Positions 46,111 to 56,600 of a DNA stretch of 64,000 nucleotides are shown here, piece by piece (within the stretch, counting starts at the first letter, position 1; every line of letters begins with the position of its first letter). The notes under the pieces are model-generated. The model was not told the origin of the DNA, did not search any database, and was given only the letters and a program-made list of their open reading frames with translations. Origin of the DNA: Verrucomicrobiales bacterium. Its GTDB lineage: Bacteria > Verrucomicrobiota > Verrucomicrobiia > Limisphaerales > UBA9464. A program made the position numbers and the translations under genes. Location: positions 905 to 64,904 of the forward strand of contig SXSK01000318.1 in assembly GCA_005793375.1 (NCBI GenBank), written 5' to 3'.

Positions 46111-47244
46111 ATGGGATCCATGTCACGCGTCCTGATCGTCCCGGACAAATTCAAGGGTACTCTGACCGCGAGCGCTGCTGCCGGCGCGATCGCCAATGGT
46201 TGGTGGAAGATTCGTCCCCAGGACGATATTGAATGCCTGCCCATGAGCGATGGCGGGGATGGATTTGGTGAGATCATGGCAGGATTGCTTGGGGCAGAAG
46301 AACGGAGTGTGGCGACGACGGATGCCGCTGGCCGCCCCCGAGAAGCACTCTGGTGGTTTCACGCGGATTCCAGCACGGCGATTATTGAGAGTGCCCAAAT
46401 CATCGGACTTGCGCTCCTCCCGCAGGGTCGTTACCACCCGTTTGAACTCGATACCCGAGGCTTGGGCGCCGTGATCCGGGCGGCACATGCGGTCCATGCC
46501 ACTAAAATTCTGATCGGCGTGGGTGGGAGTGCGACGAATGATGCTGGGTTCGGAATGGCCCGTTCGATCGGTTGGCAGTTTTTCGATGTGAACGATATGC
46601 CCATCGAACGTTGGATCAAGCTGGATCGCTTGGCTCGATGGGAGGTGCCCAACGATCTCCCGAGCAACGTGGATTACATTGTCGCGGTGGATGTCGACAA
46701 TCCGCTGCTCGGACCGAATGGTTGCACACGCGTCTACGGACCCCAAAAGGGCCTTCGAACCGAACAATCTCCCCTCGCTGAAAGTTGCCTTGAACGCCTT
46801 GCGGCGCAGGCCCGTCAGGAATACGACGTCGATCTCGCCGCTGAAGACGGTGCGGGTGCCGCAGGCGGACTCGGCTTCGGTTTTCGGGCATTTTTAGGTG
46901 CGCGCATCGAACGCGGATTCGACATCTTCGCGTTTGCTTCGGGGTTGCAGGAGAAGATTTCGCGTGCCGACATTGTGATCACGGGCGAAGGCATGATTGA
47001 TCGCCAAACCATGATGGGCAAAGGCACCGGGCAGGTTGCGAAGGCGGCCAGGGAACAGGGGAAGATTTGTCTGGGTTTGGCCGGATCGGTGGACACGGTG
47101 ACGCATGGAGCGAGTCATGACCGATTGTTCACGGGCATTTGGGGTATCGCTCCGGGCATGGCCAGCCCCGCTCAAGCAAAGTCGGAGGCCGCCGTCTGGC
47201 TAGAGCGTCTGGCCACCAAAGTTGCCAGTGAAGGCGATTGGTGA
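46111..47244 (+). CDS. Glycerate kinase family protein
   Basis: RVLIVPDKFKGTLTASAAAGAIANGW...PMSDGGDGFGE...GVGGSATNDAGFGM...VITGEGMIDRQTMMGKG. Confidence 0.88.
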   Translation: MGSMSRVLIVPDKFKGTLTASAAAGAIANGWWKIRPQDDIECLPMSDGGDGFGEIMAGLLGAEERSVATTDAAGRPREALWWFHADSSTAIIESAQIIGLALLPQGRYHPFELDTRGLGAVIRAAHAVHATKILIGVGGSATNDAGFGMARSIGWQFFDVNDMPIERWIKLDRLARWEVPNDLPSNVDYIVAVDVDNPLLGPNGCTRVYGPQKGLRTEQSPLAESCLERLAAQARQEYDVDLAAEDGAGAAGGLGFGFRAFLGARIERGFDIFAFASGLQEKISRADIVITGEGMIDRQTMMGKGTGQVAKAAREQGKICLGLAGSVDTVTHGASHDRLFTGIWGIAPGMASPAQAKSEAAVWLERLATKVASEGDW

Positions 47245-47451
47245 GCCGAAAATTGGCAGGGCTACTCAAAGAACCCGCGTGGGTTCGTGGCGAGTGTTGA
47301 ACCTGGAAACGCGAGTCGCCCGTCTCGGTCCCGTTTAACGCGCAGCGCCTGTCGTTCATGCCGCGCAGGCACCCCCGCGGCAAAGCCGATCGATACGTAC
47401 TCGAAGATCCCAAATGCCCCTGCACGACGTTGCTGAAAGTGATTCAAATTC

Positions 47452-47528
47452 CTTCGTGTCTTCGTGTCTTCGTGTGCGATGAGACCTGCCTGAAATGGGA
47501 ACTCACACGAAGGCACGAAGGCACGAAG
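47452..47528 (+). repeat. 25-bp hairpin built from three TTCGTGTC octamers and their inverted copies (GRCACGAA), 27-nt loop
   Basis: Base-by-base pairing of 47452-47476 with 47504-47528 gives 23 Watson-Crick pairs plus two T:G positions. Those two positions are G-U wobbles only in plus-strand RNA. Confidence 0.85.
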
Positions 47529-47644
47529 ACGGGAAAGGAATTGGGGGAGTTGTCTGCTCTCGTGGTGGAGTGTACCTTCAGGCGGCCCAATCGCAAGCTG
47601 TGGCGAAATGAGAATTCCCTTGGGGACAGGTTGCGACCGCTGAC

Positions 47645-49912
47645 TCAAGCGAGATTCACCGCATCGATGTCGATCGTGAGTGTGATATCTTCAGGAAGTT
47701 GGAGCGACGCTTGCACTTCGGTCAGGACTTGCGCGAGCCGCGACATGGCCTTGGTGCGTAACATCAGTTGGTACCGGTAGAAACTTTCGGCCCGCATGAG
47801 AGGGGATGGAGCGGGGCCGGCAAGGATCAGGTCGCGCCAACCTTGGGTGTGCCGTTCGACTACGCTGCGCAGATGATCGGCGGAGAACTTGACCTTGTCT
47901 TCGTTGCGTCCCTTGAGCGTCAGCAGCGCCACTCGAGCCCAGGGCGGATACTTCAATTGCTCGCGGAACTCGAGTTCTTGGTCATAGAAACCGCGAAAAT
48001 CGTGGCGTCGCGCATATTGAATGGCTGGATGAAATGGCGTGAAGCTTTGAACGAACACTTCGCCTTCGACATCACCGCGTCCGGCGCGTCCACTCACTTG
48101 CGTGAGTAATTGGAAGGTTCGTTCGCCAGCACGAAAATCCGGAATGTGCAGCGAAAGGTCCGCATAAATGATTCCCACCAACGTGACATTGGGGAAATGC
48201 AAGCCCTTGGCGATCATCTGCGTACCGACCAGGATGTCGATTTTGCCAGTCCGGAAGTCGTTGAGGACGCGCCGATAATCCTCCTTGCGTTTGAGGGTAT
48301 CCGAATCCATGCGAGCAATCGTGGCGTGGGGAAAAAGCTTTTTGAGAGTTTCTTCAATCCGTTCCGTCCCGAGCCCGGCGTACCGGATCGCTGGATTCCG
48401 ACATGTGAGTTCAGGGCATTTGGTAGGGACGGTTTCCTGATGGCCGCAGATGTGGCACTTCAAGCGTTGATCGCGGCGGTGGTAGGTGAGTGAGATCGAA
48501 CAGTTGGGGCAACCGGCGACAAAACCGCATTTTGGACATTGCAGGGAACTGGAGTAGCCGCGGCGATTGAGGAATAGGATGGTTTGTTCCCGCCGTTCCA
48601 AGCGTTGTGTGATCGCTTCCTTCAACTGGTGAGAAAAGATTGGGGGCGCGTGTCCCTTCTCTTTGAGGGCCTCGCTGCGAAGATCAATGACACGCACGAT
48701 CGGCATCTTTTGATCCGTGGCGCGAGTGGTCATTTCCAAGAGGGTGTATTTGCCCCTCATGGCGTTGAAATAACTCTCGAGCGATGGCGTGGCTGAGCCA
48801 AGCACAACGACAGCCCGCTCCCGTTGGCCACGGAGCACCGCGACATCGCGCGCATGGTAACGGGGTGACTCCTCCTGTTTGTAGGAATGCTCATGTTCCT
48901 CATCCACGACGATCAGCCCCAGCGGGTCGACCGGTGCAAAAATGGCGGACCGTGCGCCGATGACGATTCGGGCGCGTCCATTGCGAATCTTGTGCCATTC
49001 ATCGTGGCGTTCTCCAGCGCTGAGATGCGAATGCAACACGGCGACGAGGGTGGCGTGTTTACCGGAGCTGAAGCGCGCTTTGAATCGTTCGACCGTCTGA
49101 GGTGTCAGGGAGATTTCTGGTACGAGCACGATAGCCCCGCGTCCTTGATCCAGGGCATGATCAATGGCTTGAAGATAAACCTCGGTCTTTCCGGAACCCG
49201 TGACGCCATGAAGTAAAAAGCACGACCCAGCGGTCTCGCGTGCATCTGTAGAGTCAGCCGGTTCGGCACGGGTGGAGAGATCCATAGCCTTGCGAATAGC
49301 CTCCAAGGCAACCTGCTGCTGCGGGTTCAACGACAACGCCTGAGTGGGTAGAATTCGTTCCCGGGCATAGGGATCCCGTTCGTCGATTTTTAAGGCGATT
49401 TCGATGAGCCCCTTATCTTCAAGCCGTCGCAGAGTTTCGGCGGTGGTTTCCCCGAGGCGCAGAATCTCCTGAAGGGAAAGCTCGCGCCATTCCTCGATGA
49501 TATTCCAGACCTCGCGCTGGCGCTTGGTCAGCGGAGGAAGATCGCCAGTTGGAGGAAGGGCGCGGACGTGCAGTCGCTCGCGCCAACCGTCTTCTTCTTT
49601 GCGCACAGCATCCGGCAGGACACTTTTCAAAGCCGTTTCTACAGGACAACAGTAATACTCCGCGATCCAGCGAGCGAGGGCGAGGATGTTGGGAGTGACG
49701 AGGCTAAGAGCACCGATCACATTGCTGAGAAACTTGAGATTCGAATGTGGGGAAGACTCGGGAAGTCCGGTGACAACTCCGAGAACCTCGCGGGAACCGA
49801 AGGGGACCTTGACACGTGAACCGATCTCGACGCGATCGATCAGATCGGGAGGGATGGCGTAATCAAATTCGCGACGCAACGCGATTTCGAGGGTGACACG
49901 TGCAATGGGCAC
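47645..49912 (-). CDS. priA: Primosomal protein N' (replication restart helicase PriA)
   Basis: N-terminal 3'-DNA-binding domain (VKVPFGSREVLGVV), Walker A GVTGSGKTEVY, DEEH, and the Cys-rich Zn region CPKCGFVAGCPNCSISLTYHRRDQRLKCHICG. Confidence 0.95.
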   Translation of the reverse strand: MPIARVTLEIALRREFDYAIPPDLIDRVEIGSRVKVPFGSREVLGVVTGLPESSPHSNLKFLSNVIGALSLVTPNILALARWIAEYYCCPVETALKSVLPDAVRKEEDGWRERLHVRALPPTGDLPPLTKRQREVWNIIEEWRELSLQEILRLGETTAETLRRLEDKGLIEIALKIDERDPYARERILPTQALSLNPQQQVALEAIRKAMDLSTRAEPADSTDARETAGSCFLLHGVTGSGKTEVYLQAIDHALDQGRGAIVLVPEISLTPQTVERFKARFSSGKHATLVAVLHSHLSAGERHDEWHKIRNGRARIVIGARSAIFAPVDPLGLIVVDEEHEHSYKQEESPRYHARDVAVLRGQRERAVVVLGSATPSLESYFNAMRGKYTLLEMTTRATDQKMPIVRVIDLRSEALKEKGHAPPIFSHQLKEAITQRLERREQTILFLNRRGYSSSLQCPKCGFVAGCPNCSISLTYHRRDQRLKCHICGHQETVPTKCPELTCRNPAIRYAGLGTERIEETLKKLFPHATIARMDSDTLKRKEDYRRVLNDFRTGKIDILVGTQMIAKGLHFPNVTLVGIIYADLSLHIPDFRAGERTFQLLTQVSGRAGRGDVEGEVFVQSFTPFHPAIQYARRHDFRGFYDQELEFREQLKYPPWARVALLTLKGRNEDKVKFSADHLRSVVERHTQGWRDLILAGPAPSPLMRAESFYRYQLMLRTKAMSRLAQVLTEVQASLQLPEDITLTIDIDAVNLA

Positions 49913-50158
49913 ATGGGGACACTATCTGGGTTGAACGGGGCAGCAAGCCATGCGTCTTGGAGGTTTCTTGCACCCGATCGAGGTGTTTTGTTCTGGTCTT
50001 CAAATTCTACGGCGTTGACGAGTGTCCAGTCGTTGACCACATTGGGGGTGCTGCCTGATTCAAGGCGGTACACAACTGGGGACGTGGCAGACAAGTAATG
50101 CACTTGCTTTGCAAGCAAGACCATGTGGGAGCGTTACCCATCGTCTCCACCAGTTTCA

Positions 50159-50190
50159 GGCCCGTGATTCTCATGAATCACGGGCCTTTT
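50159..50190 (+). terminator. Canonical intrinsic-terminator hairpin oriented on the plus strand, with no annotated plus-strand gene upstream
   Basis: A 12-bp perfect stem GGCCCGTGATTC/GAATCACGGGCC with loop TCAT, followed by TTTT. On the minus strand it is preceded by AAAA and not followed by a T-tract. Confidence 0.6.
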
Positions 50191-50654
50191 GCTGACTGGG
50201 AGCCGCAGCGGCGCGCCCCATTGGTGGTGGACGGCGCGACCCGCCACAATACTACCCTGGTTAATGGATGAGAAAATTCTCTCCAATTCGACCGGATCGA
50301 CCAGACGGAAAACCTTCCTGTCTATCGTCAGTGCCCGGCACATCAGCCTCACATTCGGTCCGGTGGGTCGATCAAAAAAGTCCCTGAATCGACGCCGGAT
50401 CAGGGGGAAATCGTGCTTGCACCGCTGCAAGCCTGCGAAGGTCGAAACCCACTCGTCCGTTGTGACCTATCCCGAAAGGCTGACCCTCTGTCCGAGAGGA
50501 ACCCTGACATCGGGTGAAGCCTTTCCTCGAACTGGAGCGGCATCAATGCTATCGTGTTCGCTGGGCCAGCCATCGGGGAGTTTAAACATGTTTTTTTGTC
50601 GCTCTGTGGAGGTAATTGACATTTCTTCATCGAAACAAGGTAGGCAAAAGCTCC

Positions 50655-53600
50655 ATGAACTCCCTCTTCCGCGCCGCGTGCCAGTCGCTGCTACTAACCG
50701 CGACAGCCGCTGGTTCCGCCTTTGGAGCGGATTGTGCCCCAATTCCATTTGGGTTGGTGGGTTGGTGGCGGGCAGAAAACAGCACGACAACGTTCCAGGG
50801 TGAGTCCTCCGGAACATTGGTAGGCGGCGCGTCGTATGCTCAGGGTAAAGTTGGCCAAGCCTTCAACTTCAACGGAATCGACTCCGGGTTGTTACTAGGC
50901 AAGAACCCGGCGTTTCACCTACAGAATTTCACGTTCGAAGCGTGGGTCAAACGGGCGAGCGCTGAGCGGCCATCCCAGGTTGCACCCTACTATGCCGCGC
51001 TGGTGGCAGGCGGTGCCAACCACTTTGCATTGGCGATGTTTCCTGACGGCAGAATGACCTTGGGAAAAGTGGGTATATCCAATGCCTACAGCTCGCAAAC
51101 ATTGGACGGCACCGAGTGGCATCATATAGCCGTCACTAAGGCCAATTCCCTCGTCCAATTTTACATCGACGGAAAATCGGCCGGGGCCACAGTCCAATCG
51201 TCGACATTCAGCTTTGAAACTTCGCTCGCAATTGGTTCCTTCGGAGAAAGTTATCCTGGGGTTGGAACCGAACCGTTTTGGGGAATGATTGATGAACCTA
51301 GTCTCTATGACCGGGCGCTATCTGAGGAGGAAGTGGCCACGATTTACCGGGCTGGCGTCGCTGGGAAATGCGGCACGACGAGGAATCTGATTTCCAACGG
51401 CAGCTTCGAAGAGCCAGCCTATCCCTCCGGACAGGGAGCGATCGTGCGGACTCAGTGGGTACCTGGCTGGGAGGTGGCGGCCTTCGACGGTGCGACCGAA
51501 GTGCAGTTGGGCGGCCACGGTGGGGCAACTGCGGCCGCAGGTGCCCAAAGCTTGGAGCTGGAAGGGGCTGAGGGGTTGCCTGCGTATTTCATCCGTCAGG
51601 CTGTGACGGTGAGCTCGGGAAGGCTTTACCGATTGCGTTTTGCCTACGCGAAAAACCCGTTCCGCGAGCGGTCACGGATGCGGGTTGAACTCATTGGGGC
51701 TAGCGTGGCGGGCGGAGAGTTTGACCACGCCATTGAGAATACGCTTCAGAATCCTGAGTGGGTTCGCGATTCGATAGACTTCGTCGCGACCAGTAGTCAA
51801 ATGACCGTTCAGTTCACCGGCCTGTCACCAAATCCAGGCTTTGGCATGTTGTTGGATGAGTTAGAGTTGCTTGAAGTCGGGGAGATTCCCTTGGCGAACC
51901 CCAGCTTCGAACTTCTCACCGGGACGAATCTTTCGCATTTCGATCTGCAAGGCCAGTTGCTGGACGGGCACTATTCCGCTTTGACTGAGTTTCCGTTTGA
52001 GGATAGCGGATTTGGCGTTTCGGAACCGATTCCCAGCTGGGTGGGCAATGCCTTGGCTGGAACGGTAAATCCGCCGTCGTCGTTGTTTGCCGCAGGGGTA
52101 CCCCACGGGCAAAATGTCGCGTGGCTGAATGCGGGTGGGCAGATCGGCCAATTGCTGGGAGCCGCCTACAAATCCGGGCGTCACTACCGACTGGAGGTGG
52201 ATGTCGGGTGGCCGACCGGGGTTGGGTTTACAGGCTACGTGGTGGGACTTTATGCGGATGGCCAAGTCGTCGCCGAGGACCGCAACACCCTCGCAATCCT
52301 GGAAGGTCAGTTTAGGCGGGTTACCGTGGAAGGCATATTGCCGCCGCAGTCGCCGCTCTTGGGCGCGTTAATCGAAGTCCGCCTGGGCAACCCTGGCAGT
52401 CAGCTTGGTCAGGTAAATTTCGATAATGTGCGGCTGACCGTGGAGTCGCCGGAACCACCGCTGGAATGCGCTCCTCAGCTTAAAGACTTAGCCGTGTGGT
52501 ATCGCGGTGAGGGCACGGCGGCGGACTGGCTTGGGCGGCATCCGGGGACATTTGCCGGGGGCCGGTATGTCGCTGGTAGTATCGGGCTGGGATTCGAGTT
52601 CGATGGCACCAATGAAGTGGTGGTTCCCGACGCTCCTGTTTTCAACCGCGACACCTTTACGATCGAAGCGTGGGTCTTTCCGACGTCACTCGATGGCGCC
52701 GTGGATATCCTCGTGAACAAGGAGGTTGGGCCGGAGTTCAGTCAATTTCAGTTCGAACTGGGCATCAAGGGTCCGGTGAACGACATCACCGGCATAATCC
52801 CACTGGGTAATTTGGCGTTCTATCTGGGAGGTGTCACCGGCCTACCAGACGACTACGGCGGCTGGGTTGATGGACTTGCCAATGTGCCACTCAACCGCTG
52901 GACACACGTGGCGCTTGGTGTCGAGCCGGGAACGGTGTCCGTGTATGTCAACGGGGTAGAAACTCGTCGTCTGACTGGATTGGGCGGCGCAGTGCGAACG
53001 ACTTCCGGGGCCCTAAAGCTTGGTTCTCGACACGATTGGTTTGTCTCTCATCGGCCCGCTGAACGGTTCAACGGTCGCATGGACGACTTCGGTTTCTACA
53101 CGCGGAAACTGGCCACCGCAGAAATTGCTACTTCCTACCGCAGTGGTGACCGATGTTCTGAGGATTTGGCGGTTCTCGTTACCGCACCGGCCAAAGTGGC
53201 GCACAACGAGGAATTCATCATCACGGCCATGGTGTCCAACTATGGCAATTCAGAGGCGACTCAGGTGACCCTGACGAACGTCATCCCCGCAGGCATCAGC
53301 GTGTTGGCAACTACCAATTCACAAGGTCAAACAATGAATTTCGCCGGTCTGGTAATCAGTGATCTCGGCAGCCTTCCTGGCGGACAGACGGCGACAGTCC
53401 ACTTGCTGTGCCGAGCGCTAGTGGCCAGACCTTATCAAGTCTCAGCTTCAATTGGACGCGGTGAGGTAGATTTTAACTTAGAAAACAACCATCACACACT
53501 CGATTTCGAGGCCGTGCCGTTGGCCCTGGACCTGGAGCCGCGTGTTAGTGTGGTCGAGGGCATCGATTCGGCGGCAGAAATCACCGTGTCGCTTTCGTCG

Positions 53601-56600
53601 GCCGTGCTGAAGGCGGTGACGGTAGAGTATTTCACGGTAGAAGGCACCGCCCAGTCCGGGCGGGATTTTACAGCCATGGCCGGCAGCCTGACTATTCCCC
53701 CGGGAGTCACCAGGGTTCCGCTGCGAGTACCGATCCTAGATGACGCGTTCTTTGAGGCTGAAGAAGCCTTTACGCTTGTGCTGACGAACGCCATCGGCGC
53801 CCAACTCGGCCGTTCCAATACAGTGGTGACAATCACCAGCAAAGACCCCAAGCCGCGCCTTGAGATTGAGGACGTCATTGTGCATGAGGGCAACGGTTTC
53901 CCCACCAACGTCATGGTGCAAGTGCGCCTGATTGGCGCCACCGAAAACCCTGTGAGTGTGGCATTTTCGACCTTGAACCAAACGGCACTCTCGCCCACGG
54001 ACTACGTGGCAACCAATGGCGTGCTGTCGTTCGCCCCAGGGGTTGCCGAGCAGATGTTTTCGGTTCGCGTCAACGGCGATACGGTGGTCGAACCAAACGA
54101 AGCGTTCTTTGTGAACCTGTCGGGTGCGATCAATGCCGAGGTAGCCAAAGGCACGGGGGCCGTTGTGATTGTGAACGACGATTTCATGCACGGACAGGTG
54201 GTTACGTTTGGTTGGGAGCCAATGGCTTCCTCGCAGGAACTCGGCAGACCCTTCGCAGCGCGCTTCTCCGCGCGCGATGGCGGTGACAACCTGGTGGCTG
54301 ACTTTAACGGCGCGGTTCAATTATCGGCGTCGGTGAATGGAAAGCGTCCGACGTCCGTGTTGATCTCGGAGGTGGACCGTGGAGCTCCCAACTCCGTGGA
54401 ATTCACCAACGTCTCTACCAACGAAGTCGATGTATCCGGGTGGATAGTGTTTCTCTACGACGACGAGAGTTGGCCGTTGCCGAAAGGTAGCGTCAGATTA
54501 CCGAGCTTTGCTCGAATCGCGCCCGGAGCCGTGTTCCGCGTATTGGAGGGAACTTCGCCTGCTGCGAGGTTCCCGAACGTGCATACCGATTTTCAACTCG
54601 AGTGGGGATCGGCCTTCAATTCAAGCAGACCCAATCGCGTCGCTGTGTTATGGCAGGATGCAGCGGGCAAACTGGTGGATTTCTTCTGCGCAGCGGATGC
54701 GCTACCAGGCCAGATTACTGTGCCCTCGGTCGTGCCAAATAGCGAATGGGTTGGACCGCCCCTTCCAAACATCCCCGGCGGCCGCAGCACCTATCAACGG
54801 CAAGGCATCTCAGACTTTGACAATGCTGCCGATTGGACGACTCAATTCCCGTCACCAGGTCATCGAAATTTTGGCCTAGCCGTACCGTTCACCGATTCGC
54901 GGACGTTGTCGGTCGCTCCGGAACTGGCGCTAGAATTCACAGGCGGGGTCTGGAGCGGGATGATTCAGCTCAACACCTTCGCCCCGATGGTTTCTCTCGT
55001 GGCGAACGACGGCAACGGTCATGTGGGTTTCTCGGCCCCGTTTGCCCTGACGACACCCAATGATCTGGCGGTCAGCCTACGGGTCACTCCGGATCGAGCC
55101 GTGGTTCCCATACCGGAGATTCACTACAGTGCGATCGTTACCAATCCCGGCCCGGACATTTCCTCGAACGTCGTGGTTGAGGTGCGGCTAGACGCCTCTT
55201 TCGGGCAGCTCGCTTACCAAGCTCTACGCCGAATCCACGTTTCCCAAGGCAGCACTCGAACTAGCACGTATACGATCGAGCAACCACCCCTCGCCTACCA
55301 AGCACTTCGAATCGTCGCCCTATTCGGAGAAATTTCTCCTGGCGGCACGGCATCGATGAATTTCGAAGCAGTCTGGCCGCCCTATGATTTTTCCTACATT
55401 CTGCCGACCAACATCGTGGCCACCGCCACCGCCACTGGCACACAGCCAGACCTCAATCCATTCAACAACACTGCGACTGCCGCCTTCGAGATCTCCAGGC
55501 CTTGCGTTGCGTTAACGAACTCAAGCCAAGTAATGGGCTGGTGGCGAGGCGAGGGCAATGGACTCGATTCGATCCGCGGGAACCACCTGGTCGCGGAGGG
55601 TGAAGGCGAGTTTTTCGGCGAGGGGCGAGTCGAAGAGCACTCGTTGCGTTTTACTGCCACTGGTGCCCATCGGTACGCACCGAATAACGCGTCGCTCAAC
55701 TTTGCTGCCTCCGAGGATTTCACCATTGAGGCTTGGGTGCGGGTTCCTGCCAGGACCATTCGCGAACGTTTGACGTTGCTGGACAAGCGCGATCCATCGA
55801 ACGGATCGGGCTACGTGTGGTTCATCGAGCATGGCCAACTGGGGATGACTCTCGTGGATCGTGCTGGGGCCTCGGTTACCGGGTTGTCCGGAGCCCCTCA
55901 ATTGGGTCTAGGCGCGAGTCGGCCGGATTTGCGCGACGGTAACTGGCACCATTTGGTCGCGGTGCTTTCGCACCCCCATAAAGCGCGTCTATCCCTGTTC
56001 ATCGATGGCCGTGAAAGCAGCAGCGACTTCGCATCTCCCGGCGACCTGACCACCGCAGCTCCGCTGCGATTCGGTTACGATTTTGCAGGGGGCCTGAACA
56101 CAGTCTTTGAAGGTGAGATCGACGAGCTATCGATTTATCGATTCGCCATGGACTATGCTGGTGTCTGGTCCATCTACGGAACGGGTGCGGCTGGCAAGTG
56201 CGTTTCGGACCTCGTCCTCAACATCACTGCGCCGGAACAGATCCAGTCGCAATTCAGTGCGCCGCTGGTTTTGGGTCGACCCATCGTGGTTTCCTTACTG
56301 CTGACCAATGCCGGACCGCTAGGCGTTCCGACGACCTGGCTCCAGGCCGAACTTTCGCGGGAATTTGGGACGACTCGGCTGCTAACTCCACCACTCGCCA
56401 CGAACGTCATCAACGAGTCAAATTCGATCCATGACTTCGGCCCCCTGGAGGCCGGAGCCAGCCGGATGCTTCAGACGGAAGTCACCCTCACCAACCTACC
56501 TCCGAACCTAACGGTGAACTACGCTGCGTCATTTCAATTCACAGGGCTCCGGGTACGCAATCGAGGGGTCAGTGCGGATTTTCGTGTTAACCCCGACCAT

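Noticed and set aside
47262-47648. 128-aa minus-strand ORF in the glycerate kinase-priA spacer
   Set aside because: It reads straight through the octamer-repeat hairpin and has no protein-like features. The region is better explained as non-coding.
49840-50430. Two minus-strand ORFs (94 and 98 aa) upstream of priA, considered as a toxin-antitoxin-like pair
   Set aside because: They have no recognisable TA, HTH or nuclease motifs. One overlaps the well-supported priA start by 72 nt in another frame, and the other contains the plus-strand terminator hairpin. They remain possible but unsupported.
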